From: Armatimonadota bacterium
Lineage (GTDB): Bacteria > Armatimonadota > Fimbriimonadia > Fimbriimonadales > GBS-DC
Direction: 5' to 3'
NCBI GenBank assembly: GCA_037445735.1
Contig: JBBIJY010000008.1
Span: 40,486-104,485, forward strand
Length of the DNA: 64,000 nt
Part shown: positions 38,200 through 46,789 of the stretch, in pieces
How the letters are laid out: every line of letters starts with the position of its first letter
How positions within the stretch are numbered: the first letter of the stretch is position 1
Program-made: the position numbers and the translations under genes
The notes under the pieces: generated by a model
Seen by the model: the letters and a program-made list of their open reading frames with translations, nothing else
Told to the model about the DNA's origin: nothing
Databases searched by the model: none

Positions 38200-41100
38200 A
38201 TGCGGGCGATGCGGTGGCTGACTGGCTGGCTGATCGGGTGCTGGCTCTGGGGGCTGCTGATGGCGCAACCGCCGTCGTTGCAGGGTGAGGGCTGGGAGCT
38301 GCGCTATCGGGGCGGGCGCGGGTTCGAACTGCGCATCGCGGGCGCCACGGTGGGACGCACCTCCTCCGTGCAGATTGCTGCGCCCGACTGGTCGCGCGGC
38401 TACTACTCTTCGGGTGAGGGCGGTTCTGTCTCTCGAACAGGCGATACGCTCACGATTCGCCATCCGCTGGCGCCGCCGCTGGGCGAGTTGATAGAAACGG
38501 TGCGCCTGCTGGATGGGACCACGCTGGAGTGGAGCCTGCAGGTGCGCTGGGAGAGCGACTCGCCCGCGATTGTGGAGTGGTGTATCGGGGTGTGGAACGC
38601 GGCGCTGCTGATTGGCGCGTCGCTGCGCGGCGACGGCTGGCTGGCGACACCCGTCCTGCAGGCGCAACCCATCACCCGCGAGGGCGACTATCTGTTCGAG
38701 GGGCGTGAGCTGAGCCTGGAAACGGGGCTGGGCGCCATCACCGTGCGGGCGGATTCGGGCACGCCGTTCGCCGTACTGGACGGGCGCGGCAACCCGAAAC
38801 GCGGCTGGGGCATGGAGGGTCCCGCGCTCTGGCTGGGCACGCTCGGCACGCCCCTGCCCAGTAAGCAAACGCTCACCCTGCGCTATCAGCTGCGCATTCA
38901 GCCGCGTGCACCCTTTGAAGAGGCAACGGTGCTGGAGCCAGGATTGCCGATGGAGGCGGTGGAGGACGGCTGGTCGCCCCAGCCGCGCGAGCCAGTGCTG
39001 GTGCCGCCACCCAGGATTGTCTGGCGCGGCGCAGGCGCACCCTTTATCCTGTCGGCGCATCAGCCCGTTCAGATTGGGATTGAGAGCGACGAGTATCGCG
39101 CGGCAGCCGAATCGCTCGCCCGCGAGCTGACGCGCTATGGGCTGGCAGTGGAGATTTCTGTGCGCCCTCACCCCCAGCCCCTCTCCCACACTGTGGGAGA
39201 GGGGAGCAGCAAATCCCTCTCTCCCAGCAGGGGAGAGGGAGAAACGAAGCCCCTCTCCCCCAGCGGGGGAGAGGGTACGGGTGAGGGGGCTAACAATCTC
39301 ATTTTCATCGGCGGCAGCCGTGAGCTACAGCGGCAATATCCTGTGCCCGATCGCGCGGGCGCGTACTGCCTTCGCGTGCAGCCCAATCAGGTGCTGATTA
39401 TCGGGCGGTTCGCCGAGGGCGCGTTCTACGGCGTGCAGACGCTCATTCAACTGCTTCAGCCCGCGCCGAACCAGCTGCAAATCGCGCCTATCACCATCAT
39501 CGACTATCCCGACCTGCTCTTTCGGGGCGTGCATCTGTTCGGCGGCACGCAAAAGGAGTTCCATCAGCGGCTCATCGGCAATCTGATCGCGAATCTCAAG
39601 TTCAATCGGCTGGTGGTGGAGTGCGGTTATAGTCAGTGGGAGGCGATTCGCCCTGCGTGGGTCGATTTCTCAGTGCCGAAGGCGAACCTGCAGGCGATTG
39701 TCGCGCTGGCGCAGGCGAACCAGCTAAAGCCGATCCCGCTGCTGCAGTCGCTGGGGCATATGTACTGGGTCTTTCGCAACGGCGCGAACACCGCGCTGGC
39801 GGAAGACCCCGACACGCCGTGGGCGATCTGCCCGCGTCGCCCCGCTGCAAAGCAGTTATTGAGCCAGCTGTTCGATGAGGTTCTCGCGCTCTTTCCGAAC
39901 GATGCGTTCCATCTGGGTCTGGACGAGGTGACGCTGCGCGGGCGGTTCCCCTACAGCCCCGAATGTCAGGGCGCGACCGTTGCCGGGTTGTTCAGCGAGC
40001 ATTTCCGCTGGCTGGTGGGCGAGCTGCAGAAGCGGGGCGTGCGACAGGTGATGCTCTGGAGCGATATGTTGCTGGCGCCGGGCGAGGCGCACGACGGCGC
40101 GGCGAACGCCGCCGACCCCGCCGCGTCCCGATTCACGCGCGAGCAGGTGCTGAAAGCCATCGCCGACGCGCCCCAACCCGCTCCCGAACTCATCCTCTGC
40201 GACTGGCATTACACACCGACCGAACCCGACGGCTACCGCAGCCTCGATGTGCTGCGTCAGGCAGGTTTCCAGCGCATCGTGGCGACCACATGGTACAACC
40301 CGCAGAACATCTACACCTTCGCGCAGGCGGCACGGGCGCGACGCATCACGGGCTTACTGCAAAGCACATGGGCGGGCTACTCGCTTACCGAGCAGAGCCT
40401 GCGCGACTGGACCGAGCAGTTCATCGCCTATGTGCTGGCGGCGACCTATGCGTGGAACGGCGACGCGCCACCGCCAGAGCAGCTGCCCTTCGACGCCGAG
40501 CAGTTCTTCCACGAACGGTACTGGCGCGAGCCGATACCGCTGACGGCGCGACAGGGCTTCCTGATCGACCTGCGACCGGCGTACAATCTGTCGCTCGGTG
40601 CGCTGGACGCGACGGCGTTCAGCACACTGCCGACAGGGCGGACGCGGCTGAACGGCTACCTGTTCCAGCTCGGCGAGTCGGCGGAGCAGCCGAACGCGCT
40701 GATGCTTGCCAGCCTGCTGGCGCCCGGCGAGCCGTCGCGCTACCCGCGTGAGGTGATCATCCCGATGGGGCGAACGGTGCGCACGCTGCACATTCTGCAC
40801 ACGACAGGCTGGCAGATGGAGCGCAACGAACCTGTCGCCCGCTATGTGCTGGAGTATGCCGACGGCACGCAAGCGGAGCTGACCCTGCTGTATGGCGTGC
40901 ATGTGCGCGCGTGGAACGACCCTGGCGCGGCGATTGAATCGCCGCCTGTGTGGAGCCGACGGCTGGAATCGGGCACGCGCGTGCGGATACGCCTGCTGCG
41001 CTGGCAGAACCCGCATCCTGACAAGCCCGTTCGTGCCCTGCGCCTGCAGGCGATTCATCCCGTCGCGGGCTACACCCTGCTGGGGCTAAGCGGCGAATAG
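38200..41100 (+). CDS. Secreted GH20-family beta-N-acetylhexosaminidase with in-frame repeat insertion
   Basis: GAFYGVQTLIQL, IIDYPDLLFRGVHL, IPLLQSLGH, FHLGLDE catalytic motif, MLWSDM. Confidence 0.88.
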   Translation: MRAMRWLTGWLIGCWLWGLLMAQPPSLQGEGWELRYRGGRGFELRIAGATVGRTSSVQIAAPDWSRGYYSSGEGGSVSRTGDTLTIRHPLAPPLGELIETVRLLDGTTLEWSLQVRWESDSPAIVEWCIGVWNAALLIGASLRGDGWLATPVLQAQPITREGDYLFEGRELSLETGLGAITVRADSGTPFAVLDGRGNPKRGWGMEGPALWLGTLGTPLPSKQTLTLRYQLRIQPRAPFEEATVLEPGLPMEAVEDGWSPQPREPVLVPPPRIVWRGAGAPFILSAHQPVQIGIESDEYRAAAESLARELTRYGLAVEISVRPHPQPLSHTVGEGSSKSLSPSRGEGETKPLSPSGGEGTGEGANNLIFIGGSRELQRQYPVPDRAGAYCLRVQPNQVLIIGRFAEGAFYGVQTLIQLLQPAPNQLQIAPITIIDYPDLLFRGVHLFGGTQKEFHQRLIGNLIANLKFNRLVVECGYSQWEAIRPAWVDFSVPKANLQAIVALAQANQLKPIPLLQSLGHMYWVFRNGANTALAEDPDTPWAICPRRPAAKQLLSQLFDEVLALFPNDAFHLGLDEVTLRGRFPYSPECQGATVAGLFSEHFRWLVGELQKRGVRQVMLWSDMLLAPGEAHDGAANAADPAASRFTREQVLKAIADAPQPAPELILCDWHYTPTEPDGYRSLDVLRQAGFQRIVATTWYNPQNIYTFAQAARARRITGLLQSTWAGYSLTEQSLRDWTEQFIAYVLAATYAWNGDAPPPEQLPFDAEQFFHERYWREPIPLTARQGFLIDLRPAYNLSLGALDATAFSTLPTGRTRLNGYLFQLGESAEQPNALMLASLLAPGEPSRYPREVIIPMGRTVRTLHILHTTGWQMERNEPVARYVLEYADGTQAELTLLYGVHVRAWNDPGAAIESPPVWSRRLESGTRVRIRLLRWQNPHPDKPVRALRLQAIHPVAGYTLLGLSGE
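39165..39292. repeat. Composite three-hairpin repeat in frame inside GH20
   Basis: Encodes PHPQPLSHTVGEG...PLSPSGGEGTGEGA; 39251-39292 is the exact reverse complement of 25252-25293. Confidence 0.9.
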
Positions 41101-42030
41101 CGTCCACAGCACGCCGTAGCGCAAGCCATAGGTGCTGACGCGCACGGCGGGCACACCTGCGACCGCCATCACGCGCTCCAGCACGAGTGCGCCCAGATGC
41201 AGGATTGGCGCCCGCTCAGGCTCGATGCCCGGCAGCCGCGCCCGCTCTGAATCGCCCAGCGCGATCAGCAACGCAACGAGTTCGCTCACCATCGCGCTGG
41301 TCAGAGTGAACCCGTGAACCTGCGCGACGCGAGCTGGCGAGCCGTGAAGCGCGTGCCACAACAGCGCGAGGTTTACCCCTGTGCCGCCGACCGTCGCGAC
41401 CGGATGGGGCGTCGACAACTCCTTCAGAAACGCGAGCAATTCGTCGAGCCATCGCCGCAGGCTCTCGATCTCTGTTGCGTCGGGTGGATCGGAGGGCGCA
41501 TGCTGCTCGCGCAGCCGCATCGCACCAATCGGCAAACTGCGCCAGTGGAAATGGGACGGGTTCCGACAGGCTTCGCCATACGCGAACTCTGCGCTGCCCC
41601 CGCCGATATCGACCACCAGCAAACTCTGGAGTGCGGAAGCCGTGCTTCCGCACTCCACAATATCAGGGTCCAGCGCGACCGAGAGGAAGCTCAGCTCTGC
41701 CTCCTCGCGCTCGCTCAGCACGCGCACGGGGCAGCCCCGCTCGCTCAGCGGCTGGATCAGCGCCTGCGAGTTCACCGCTCGTCGCACAACAGCCGTGGCG
41801 ACCGCACGAATCTGCTCCACCCCCTGTGCCCGACACTGCTGGAGGTAGCCCTCGATGGCGTCCAGCGTGCGCTGAACGGCGAACGGCTGGAGCGTACGGT
41901 CAGGTTCGAACCCTTCGCCCAGCCGCGTGATGGCGGTCTGATCGCTCAGCACGCGCCAGCCATCGGCGACGCGCTCCGCAATCAGCATCAGCACCGAGTT
42001 GGAGCCGATGTCAAGAATCGCGACTCTCAT
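41086..42030 (-). CDS. ppx: Ppx/GppA family phosphatase
   Basis: AILDIGSNS, TRLGEG, ATAVVRRA.N, EEAELSF, DIGGGSAE, GLRYG. Confidence 0.92.
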   Translation of the reverse strand: MRVAILDIGSNSVLMLIAERVADGWRVLSDQTAITRLGEGFEPDRTLQPFAVQRTLDAIEGYLQQCRAQGVEQIRAVATAVVRRAVNSQALIQPLSERGCPVRVLSEREEAELSFLSVALDPDIVECGSTASALQSLLVVDIGGGSAEFAYGEACRNPSHFHWRSLPIGAMRLREQHAPSDPPDATEIESLRRWLDELLAFLKELSTPHPVATVGGTGVNLALLWHALHGSPARVAQVHGFTLTSAMVSELVALLIALGDSERARLPGIEPERAPILHLGALVLERVMAVAGVPAVRVSTYGLRYGVLWTLFAA

Positions 42031-42701
42031 AGCTCCCAGTGGGCGGCGCGCACTTCGGGCAGCTGCAGCAGGTCGTGCAGGATCAGATCGGGGCTGCTGG
42101 TGCGCAACGGGCTGATTTGCAGGGCGAAGGTGCGCGTGTTGGGCGTATCGGGGAACTCCTGACGAAACGCCTGCAGCTCGCACCCGTGCCGGGTCAACAC
42201 GCTGAACACGCCCTCCATGCTGGCGCTCGCCTCCAGCGTCACCCAGAGCGTGGGCGCCGACGCCGCGCGATGAATCGCCTCTTCAGGGATGCGCAGACCC
42301 ACCAGTACGCCATACGCCAGCAGCGTCGCAATCAGCGCCATCAGATAGTAGCGCCACTCGCCCATGCCAATTGTCATACCAATCGCGACCACTGCCCACA
42401 GGCTGGCGGCGGTGGTCAGCCCGCGCACGATGCTGCCCTGCCGCAGAATCGTGCCCGCGCCAATGAAGCCGATACCGCTCACTATCTGCGCCGCGATGCG
42501 CGACGGGTCGGAGTTCGGCGGACCGAAACTGCGCGAGAGGATCATCATCAGCGTCGCGCCGAAGCAGATCAGCACATGCGTGCGGATACCCGCTGGGCGC
42601 CCCCGACGCTCCCGCTCCCAACCGATGATGCTGCTTAACACAATCGCCAGCACCAGCTGAACCGTTATGTGCCCGATCTCCCGCCAGTCGGCAGCGCTCA
42701 C
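42027..42701 (-). CDS. MgtC/SapB family protein
   Basis: IGWERE..GRPAGIRTH, DPSRIAAQIVSGIGFIGAG, GLTTAASLW. Confidence 0.93.
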   Translation of the reverse strand: MSAADWREIGHITVQLVLAIVLSSIIGWERERRGRPAGIRTHVLICFGATLMMILSRSFGPPNSDPSRIAAQIVSGIGFIGAGTILRQGSIVRGLTTAASLWAVVAIGMTIGMGEWRYYLMALIATLLAYGVLVGLRIPEEAIHRAASAPTLWVTLEASASMEGVFSVLTRHGCELQAFRQEFPDTPNTRTFALQISPLRTSSPDLILHDLLQLPEVRAAHWEL

Positions 42702-42873
42702 AATTGAGAGTATACCTTTCGTTTAAGAAAACTGTTCAGCATCGCCTGCTTGCCCCATTCTGTTCCAGCTTGCCGAATCCAGCCCCTACACGGTGAGGAA
42801 TGATTTGCCCTTTTCAATGAAGAGGTGAGGACGAGGAAAAGCTCAGGGCGCACGGGTGTGCTATAATCCCTAA

Positions 42874-42978
42874 GGGCATGTGGTGGTGTTCGCGCATGGA
42901 CACGCGAAATACTGGGCACGCTGGCTCGCGAACGAGCCGCCACGACTCGGCTACTGGCTCAAATACGGCATTCGATAA
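42874..42978 (+). pseudogene. Possible remnant of a prepilin H-X9-DG C-terminus
   Basis: Reads GHVVVFAHGHAKYWARW...GIR*, compare [10 protein letters not shown] of 5266-6069; preceded by an in-frame TAA. Confidence 0.4.
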
Positions 42979-42983
42979 GCGCG

Positions 42984-44297
42984 ATGAGTGTTCTCTCGGT
43001 GATAGCGAAGAAGCGGGACGGCATCGAGCTGACCCGCGCCGAGCTGGAGCAGATAGTGATGGGCTATGTGCGCGGCGAGGTGCCCGACTATCAGGTCGCC
43101 GCGTGGCTGATGGCGTGCTTTTTGCGCGGGCTGAGCGACGCCGAGACGCTCGCCCTCACCGAGATTATGGCGCAATCGGGCGAGCAGCTGAACCTCTCAG
43201 AGCTGCCCCCACCCACGCTCGATAAACATTCCACGGGCGGCGTGGGCGACAAGACGAGCCTGGTGGTCGTGCCCCTGCTATCCGCGGCGGGCGCCACCAT
43301 CGTGAAGATGTCGGGGCGCGGGCTGGGCTTTACAGGCGGCACCGTCGATAAGTTAGAATCGATCCCCGGCTATCGCACCGCGCTCACCGCCAGCGAGATG
43401 CTGGCGATCGCACGGCGAATCGGCTGCTGCCTGACAGGTCAATCGGAGCAGCTGGTGCCTGCCGATAAAAAACTCTATGCCCTGCGCGACGCCACCGCCA
43501 CCATCGAGAGCATCCCGCTGATTGCCGCCAGCATCATGAGCAAGAAGCTGGCGGGCGGAGCAGGGCACATCCTGCTGGATGTGAAGGTGGGCGCGGGCGC
43601 GTTTATGACCACGCGGGAGCGAGCGGAAGCGTTAGCCCGAACCCTGATCGCGATTGGCACAGGAGCAGGTCGCAAAGTGCGCGCCCTGCTGACCGATATG
43701 AGCCAGCCGCTGGGCTATACGGTTGGGAACGCGCTGGAGGTGCGCGAAGCCATCGAGACGCTGAAGCCTGACGGCAGTGCCCATCCGCGCTTCCGCGAGC
43801 TGTGCCTGCGCCTCGCCGCCGCAGGGTTGACCCTGTGCGGGCTGACCCCCGATGAAGAATCGGGCTACGCGCGGGCGCAACAGGTGCTGACAAGCGGCGC
43901 CGCGCTGGAGAAGTTCCGCCAGCTCGTGGAGGCGCACGGGGGTGACCCGCGCGTGGTGGAGAACCCTGCCCTGCTGCCGACCGCGCCACTCGTCTATGAC
44001 TTCACAGCCCCCACAGACGGATTCGTTCACACCATGCACCCGCGCCGGATCGCCGAATCGGCGCTCCTGCTGGGCGCAGGGCGCCAGAAAAAGGAGGATG
44101 CCATCGACCACGCCGTCGGCATCGAGGTGCTGAAGTCAGTTGGGGATGCCGTCCAGCAGGGCGAGCCGATTCTGCGCGTTCACGCCCGCACCGAGGCGCA
44201 GGTGCAGAAGATTATGCCGCTGCTTCAGCAGAGCGTGCAAATCCACCCGCAGCCAGCAAGCGATGTGCCCATCGTGCTGGCAGCGCTGCCCTCATAG
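42984..44297 (+). CDS. pdp: Pyrimidine-nucleoside/thymidine phosphorylase
   Basis: KKRDG, DKHSTGGVGDK, KMSGRGLG.TGGT.DKLES, SIMSKKLA. Confidence 0.95.
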   Translation: MSVLSVIAKKRDGIELTRAELEQIVMGYVRGEVPDYQVAAWLMACFLRGLSDAETLALTEIMAQSGEQLNLSELPPPTLDKHSTGGVGDKTSLVVVPLLSAAGATIVKMSGRGLGFTGGTVDKLESIPGYRTALTASEMLAIARRIGCCLTGQSEQLVPADKKLYALRDATATIESIPLIAASIMSKKLAGGAGHILLDVKVGAGAFMTTRERAEALARTLIAIGTGAGRKVRALLTDMSQPLGYTVGNALEVREAIETLKPDGSAHPRFRELCLRLAAAGLTLCGLTPDEESGYARAQQVLTSGAALEKFRQLVEAHGGDPRVVENPALLPTAPLVYDFTAPTDGFVHTMHPRRIAESALLLGAGRQKKEDAIDHAVGIEVLKSVGDAVQQGEPILRVHARTEAQVQKIMPLLQQSVQIHPQPASDVPIVLAALPS

Positions 44298-44301
44298 GGG
44301 T

Positions 44302-45312
44302 TTATGCCGATTCGCGGGGCACAAGGCGGGCGGGCACGATCAGGCGGCGGGGTTCCACGGGGCGCCCCTCAATCAGATCGATGAGCCGCTGGGTCGCCGC
44401 GCGCGCCAGCATCGGGATGTCGATGGCGACCGAAGTGAGCGCTGGCTCCACAAACGAGCAGAGCGGTGTGTCGTTGAAGCCAACCACCGCCACATCGTCG
44501 GGGATGCGCAGCCCATGCCGTTGCGCCTGACGCATCGCGCCAATCGCCAGCACATCGTCGAACGCCAGCACCGCATCGGGGCGCATCGAAAGGCTCAACA
44601 GCTCCTCCATCGCGCGGGCGCCGCCCTGCTCGCTGGAGGCACCGAACGCCACCAGATGCGGGTCATAGGCGATGCCGTGCGACTCCAGCGCCGCGCGATA
44701 GCCGTGCAGGCGGTCGCGCGTAACGGTCAGCCCTGCTGGTCCGCCGATATAGGCGATGCGCTGGCGCCCCTGCCGCAGCAGATACTCGGTTGCCATGCGC
44801 GCGGCGCCGATATTGTCGTTATCGACGGTGCAGATGGCGTCCTCTGGCTCGTAGCGCCCGATCAGCACGAAGGGGAAGCCCTGCGCGGTGAGGCGGGCAA
44901 TCCGCTCGTCGCGCGTCTCCGATTCCACCAGGATCAGCCCGTCCACGCGGCGCGTGCGCAGCAGCTCCTCATAGATGGCGCGTTGCCCCTTGACCGTGCG
45001 GGCGGCGTCCACACACAGGTGATAACCCTGTCGCCCCGCCTGATCGATGATGGAGGCGATCAGTGCGCTGAAGAAGGGGTCATGGGCGAGGGCGGTCGGG
45101 GCGCGATGCACCACGAAGCCGAGCAGGCGTGTGCGTTGCGCCCGCAGCGACTGCGCACGGGCGTCCGGCACATAGCCGAGCGCGTCCACCACCGCCAGCA
45201 CCCGCTGACGCAGCTCCTCGTTCACCTGCGGGTCGTTATTCAGCACGCGCGAGACGGTCGCCTGCGAGACCCGCGCCAGCCGTGCAATCTCCTTCTGCCC
45301 GATCTCCGCCAT
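44302..45312 (-). CDS. LacI family transcriptional regulator
   Basis: KEIARLARVSQATVSRVLN HTH, LGYVP..AQSL, IPDDVAVVGFND, RES. Confidence 0.96.
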   Translation of the reverse strand: MAEIGQKEIARLARVSQATVSRVLNNDPQVNEELRQRVLAVVDALGYVPDARAQSLRAQRTRLLGFVVHRAPTALAHDPFFSALIASIIDQAGRQGYHLCVDAARTVKGQRAIYEELLRTRRVDGLILVESETRDERIARLTAQGFPFVLIGRYEPEDAICTVDNDNIGAARMATEYLLRQGRQRIAYIGGPAGLTVTRDRLHGYRAALESHGIAYDPHLVAFGASSEQGGARAMEELLSLSMRPDAVLAFDDVLAIGAMRQAQRHGLRIPDDVAVVGFNDTPLCSFVEPALTSVAIDIPMLARAATQRLIDLIEGRPVEPRRLIVPARLVPRESA

Positions 45313-45329
45313 CGTTCATACCTGGGTTC

Positions 45330-45359
45330 GGAATACGAATTCCATCCTCTATTATAGCA
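45330..45359 (-). promoter_or_regulatory. Extended -10 (TGCTATAAT) and probable autoregulatory operator GGAATACGAATTCC
   Basis: Near-palindrome 45330-45343 with central CG, just downstream of TATAAT (45351-45356). Confidence 0.65.
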
Positions 45360-45368
45360 CAGAGAGTG

Positions 45369-46688
45369 CTACACGCGGTCGGGCACTTCGAAGCCTTTCG
45401 CGTAGCGCTCGCGGCGCAGCATGCGGTTCGCCTCGCGGTCATCGATGAACTGCTTGCGGCGGGGATCGAAGCGCAGGGCACGCTGGAGCCGATAGGAGAT
45501 GTTCGCCAGATGCACCAGCTGGGCGGAGATGACGCCCTCTTCCACCTCGCAGTGCAGGTCGTCGCGACGGCGACTGCGCACCGCCTGAATGAAGTTGCGG
45601 TAATGGTTCGGCTCGCCCGTGCCTTTGAGCGGGGGCAGGTTCAGGTTCTCAGCGGGCGTCAGTTCCTCCTGCGGGGAGCGGCGCGGCTTGTAGCCGTCGC
45701 CCGACGACATATAGCCCAGCGAGCCGTACACCAGATTGCCGATTCTGGCGCCCTGCTCGTCGTTGGTGAACAGCCCGCGCACTTCGAACACGAGCAGGGA
45801 GCCGTCCTCAAACTCGAAGGTCGCCACCTGTGTGTTGGGCGTTTCGCCCTGGTCTTTATAGCCGTAGCGCCCGCCGACGGAGTAAACGCGCACGGGGTAG
45901 CGTTTGTTCAGGAACCAGCGGGCGATGTCCATCTGGTGCACGCCCTGATTGCCGATGTCGCCGTTGCCATAGAGCCAGAACCAGTGCCAGTTATAATGCA
46001 CATAGTTGGGGTTGAAGCGTCGGCGCGGGGCAGGTCCCTGCCACAGCTCCCAGTGCAGCCATGCGGGCGGGTCGCCGTCGGGCTGGAAGCCGATGGGTCC
46101 GCGCGGCTTGTAGCACAGCCCGCGCGCGAGGTACACCTGCCCGATCTCGCCTGCCCACACCCGCTGGACAGCATTGCGCGTGGTGGGGTCAGAGCGCGTC
46201 TGGTGACCCACCTGCACGATGCGGTTATATTTGCGGGCGGCTTCGATCATCTTCTCACCTTCGTGGAAGCTCCAGCAGGCGGGCTTCTCCACATAGACAT
46301 CCTTGCCCGCCTGACATGCCCAGATGGTGAGGAGCGCGTGCCAGTGGTTCGGCGTGGCGGTGGAGATAACATCCACATCTTTATCTTCCAGCAGCTGGCG
46401 CACATCGGTGTAGAGTTTGGGGCGTTTGCCCTGTTGTTGCTCCACCAGCGCGGCGCCCTGGGGCAGCAGGCGCTCGTCCACATCACAGAGCGCGACAATC
46501 TGCACGCCCTCAATCGCCAGAAAGTTGCGGATATGCGTTTTGCCCTGCCCGTTGAAGCCCACGACGGCGACGCCAATCGTGTCGTTGGGGCTGAAGCTCC
46601 AGCCGCGCAGCACGGTCAGCCCCGCCGCCGCGCCCAGCATCAGCCGTCCAGACCGAATCAAAAAGGTGCGCCGATCGATCCGCTCCAT
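45369..46688 (-). CDS. Tat-exported Gfo/Idh/MocA oxidoreductase
   Basis: DRRTFL twin-arginine, ATPNHWH, AGKDVYVEKP, GNQGVHQMD; GCAGGA-N17-GAAT on minus strand 46739-46713. Confidence 0.93.
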   Translation of the reverse strand: MERIDRRTFLIRSGRLMLGAAAGLTVLRGWSFSPNDTIGVAVVGFNGQGKTHIRNFLAIEGVQIVALCDVDERLLPQGAALVEQQQGKRPKLYTDVRQLLEDKDVDVISTATPNHWHALLTIWACQAGKDVYVEKPACWSFHEGEKMIEAARKYNRIVQVGHQTRSDPTTRNAVQRVWAGEIGQVYLARGLCYKPRGPIGFQPDGDPPAWLHWELWQGPAPRRRFNPNYVHYNWHWFWLYGNGDIGNQGVHQMDIARWFLNKRYPVRVYSVGGRYGYKDQGETPNTQVATFEFEDGSLLVFEVRGLFTNDEQGARIGNLVYGSLGYMSSGDGYKPRRSPQEELTPAENLNLPPLKGTGEPNHYRNFIQAVRSRRRDDLHCEVEEGVISAQLVHLANISYRLQRALRFDPRRKQFIDDREANRMLRRERYAKGFEVPDRV

Positions 46689-46789
46689 CGCTTCGCCTCC
46701 TGAACGATTTCAATTCGAGACCATTTGCCCCTATCCTGCTCTGCTGGCAGGATGGTCGACGAATCTGGTCGTATATCGAAAAGTGAGGT

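Noticed and set aside
42878-43225. 115-aa ORF overlapping the pdp start
   Set aside because: Out of frame with pdp, no recognisable features
44302-45312. Local LacI as the regulator of the TTGAAGCGCTTCAA sites
   Set aside because: Its own upstream palindrome is different; not excluded but unsupported
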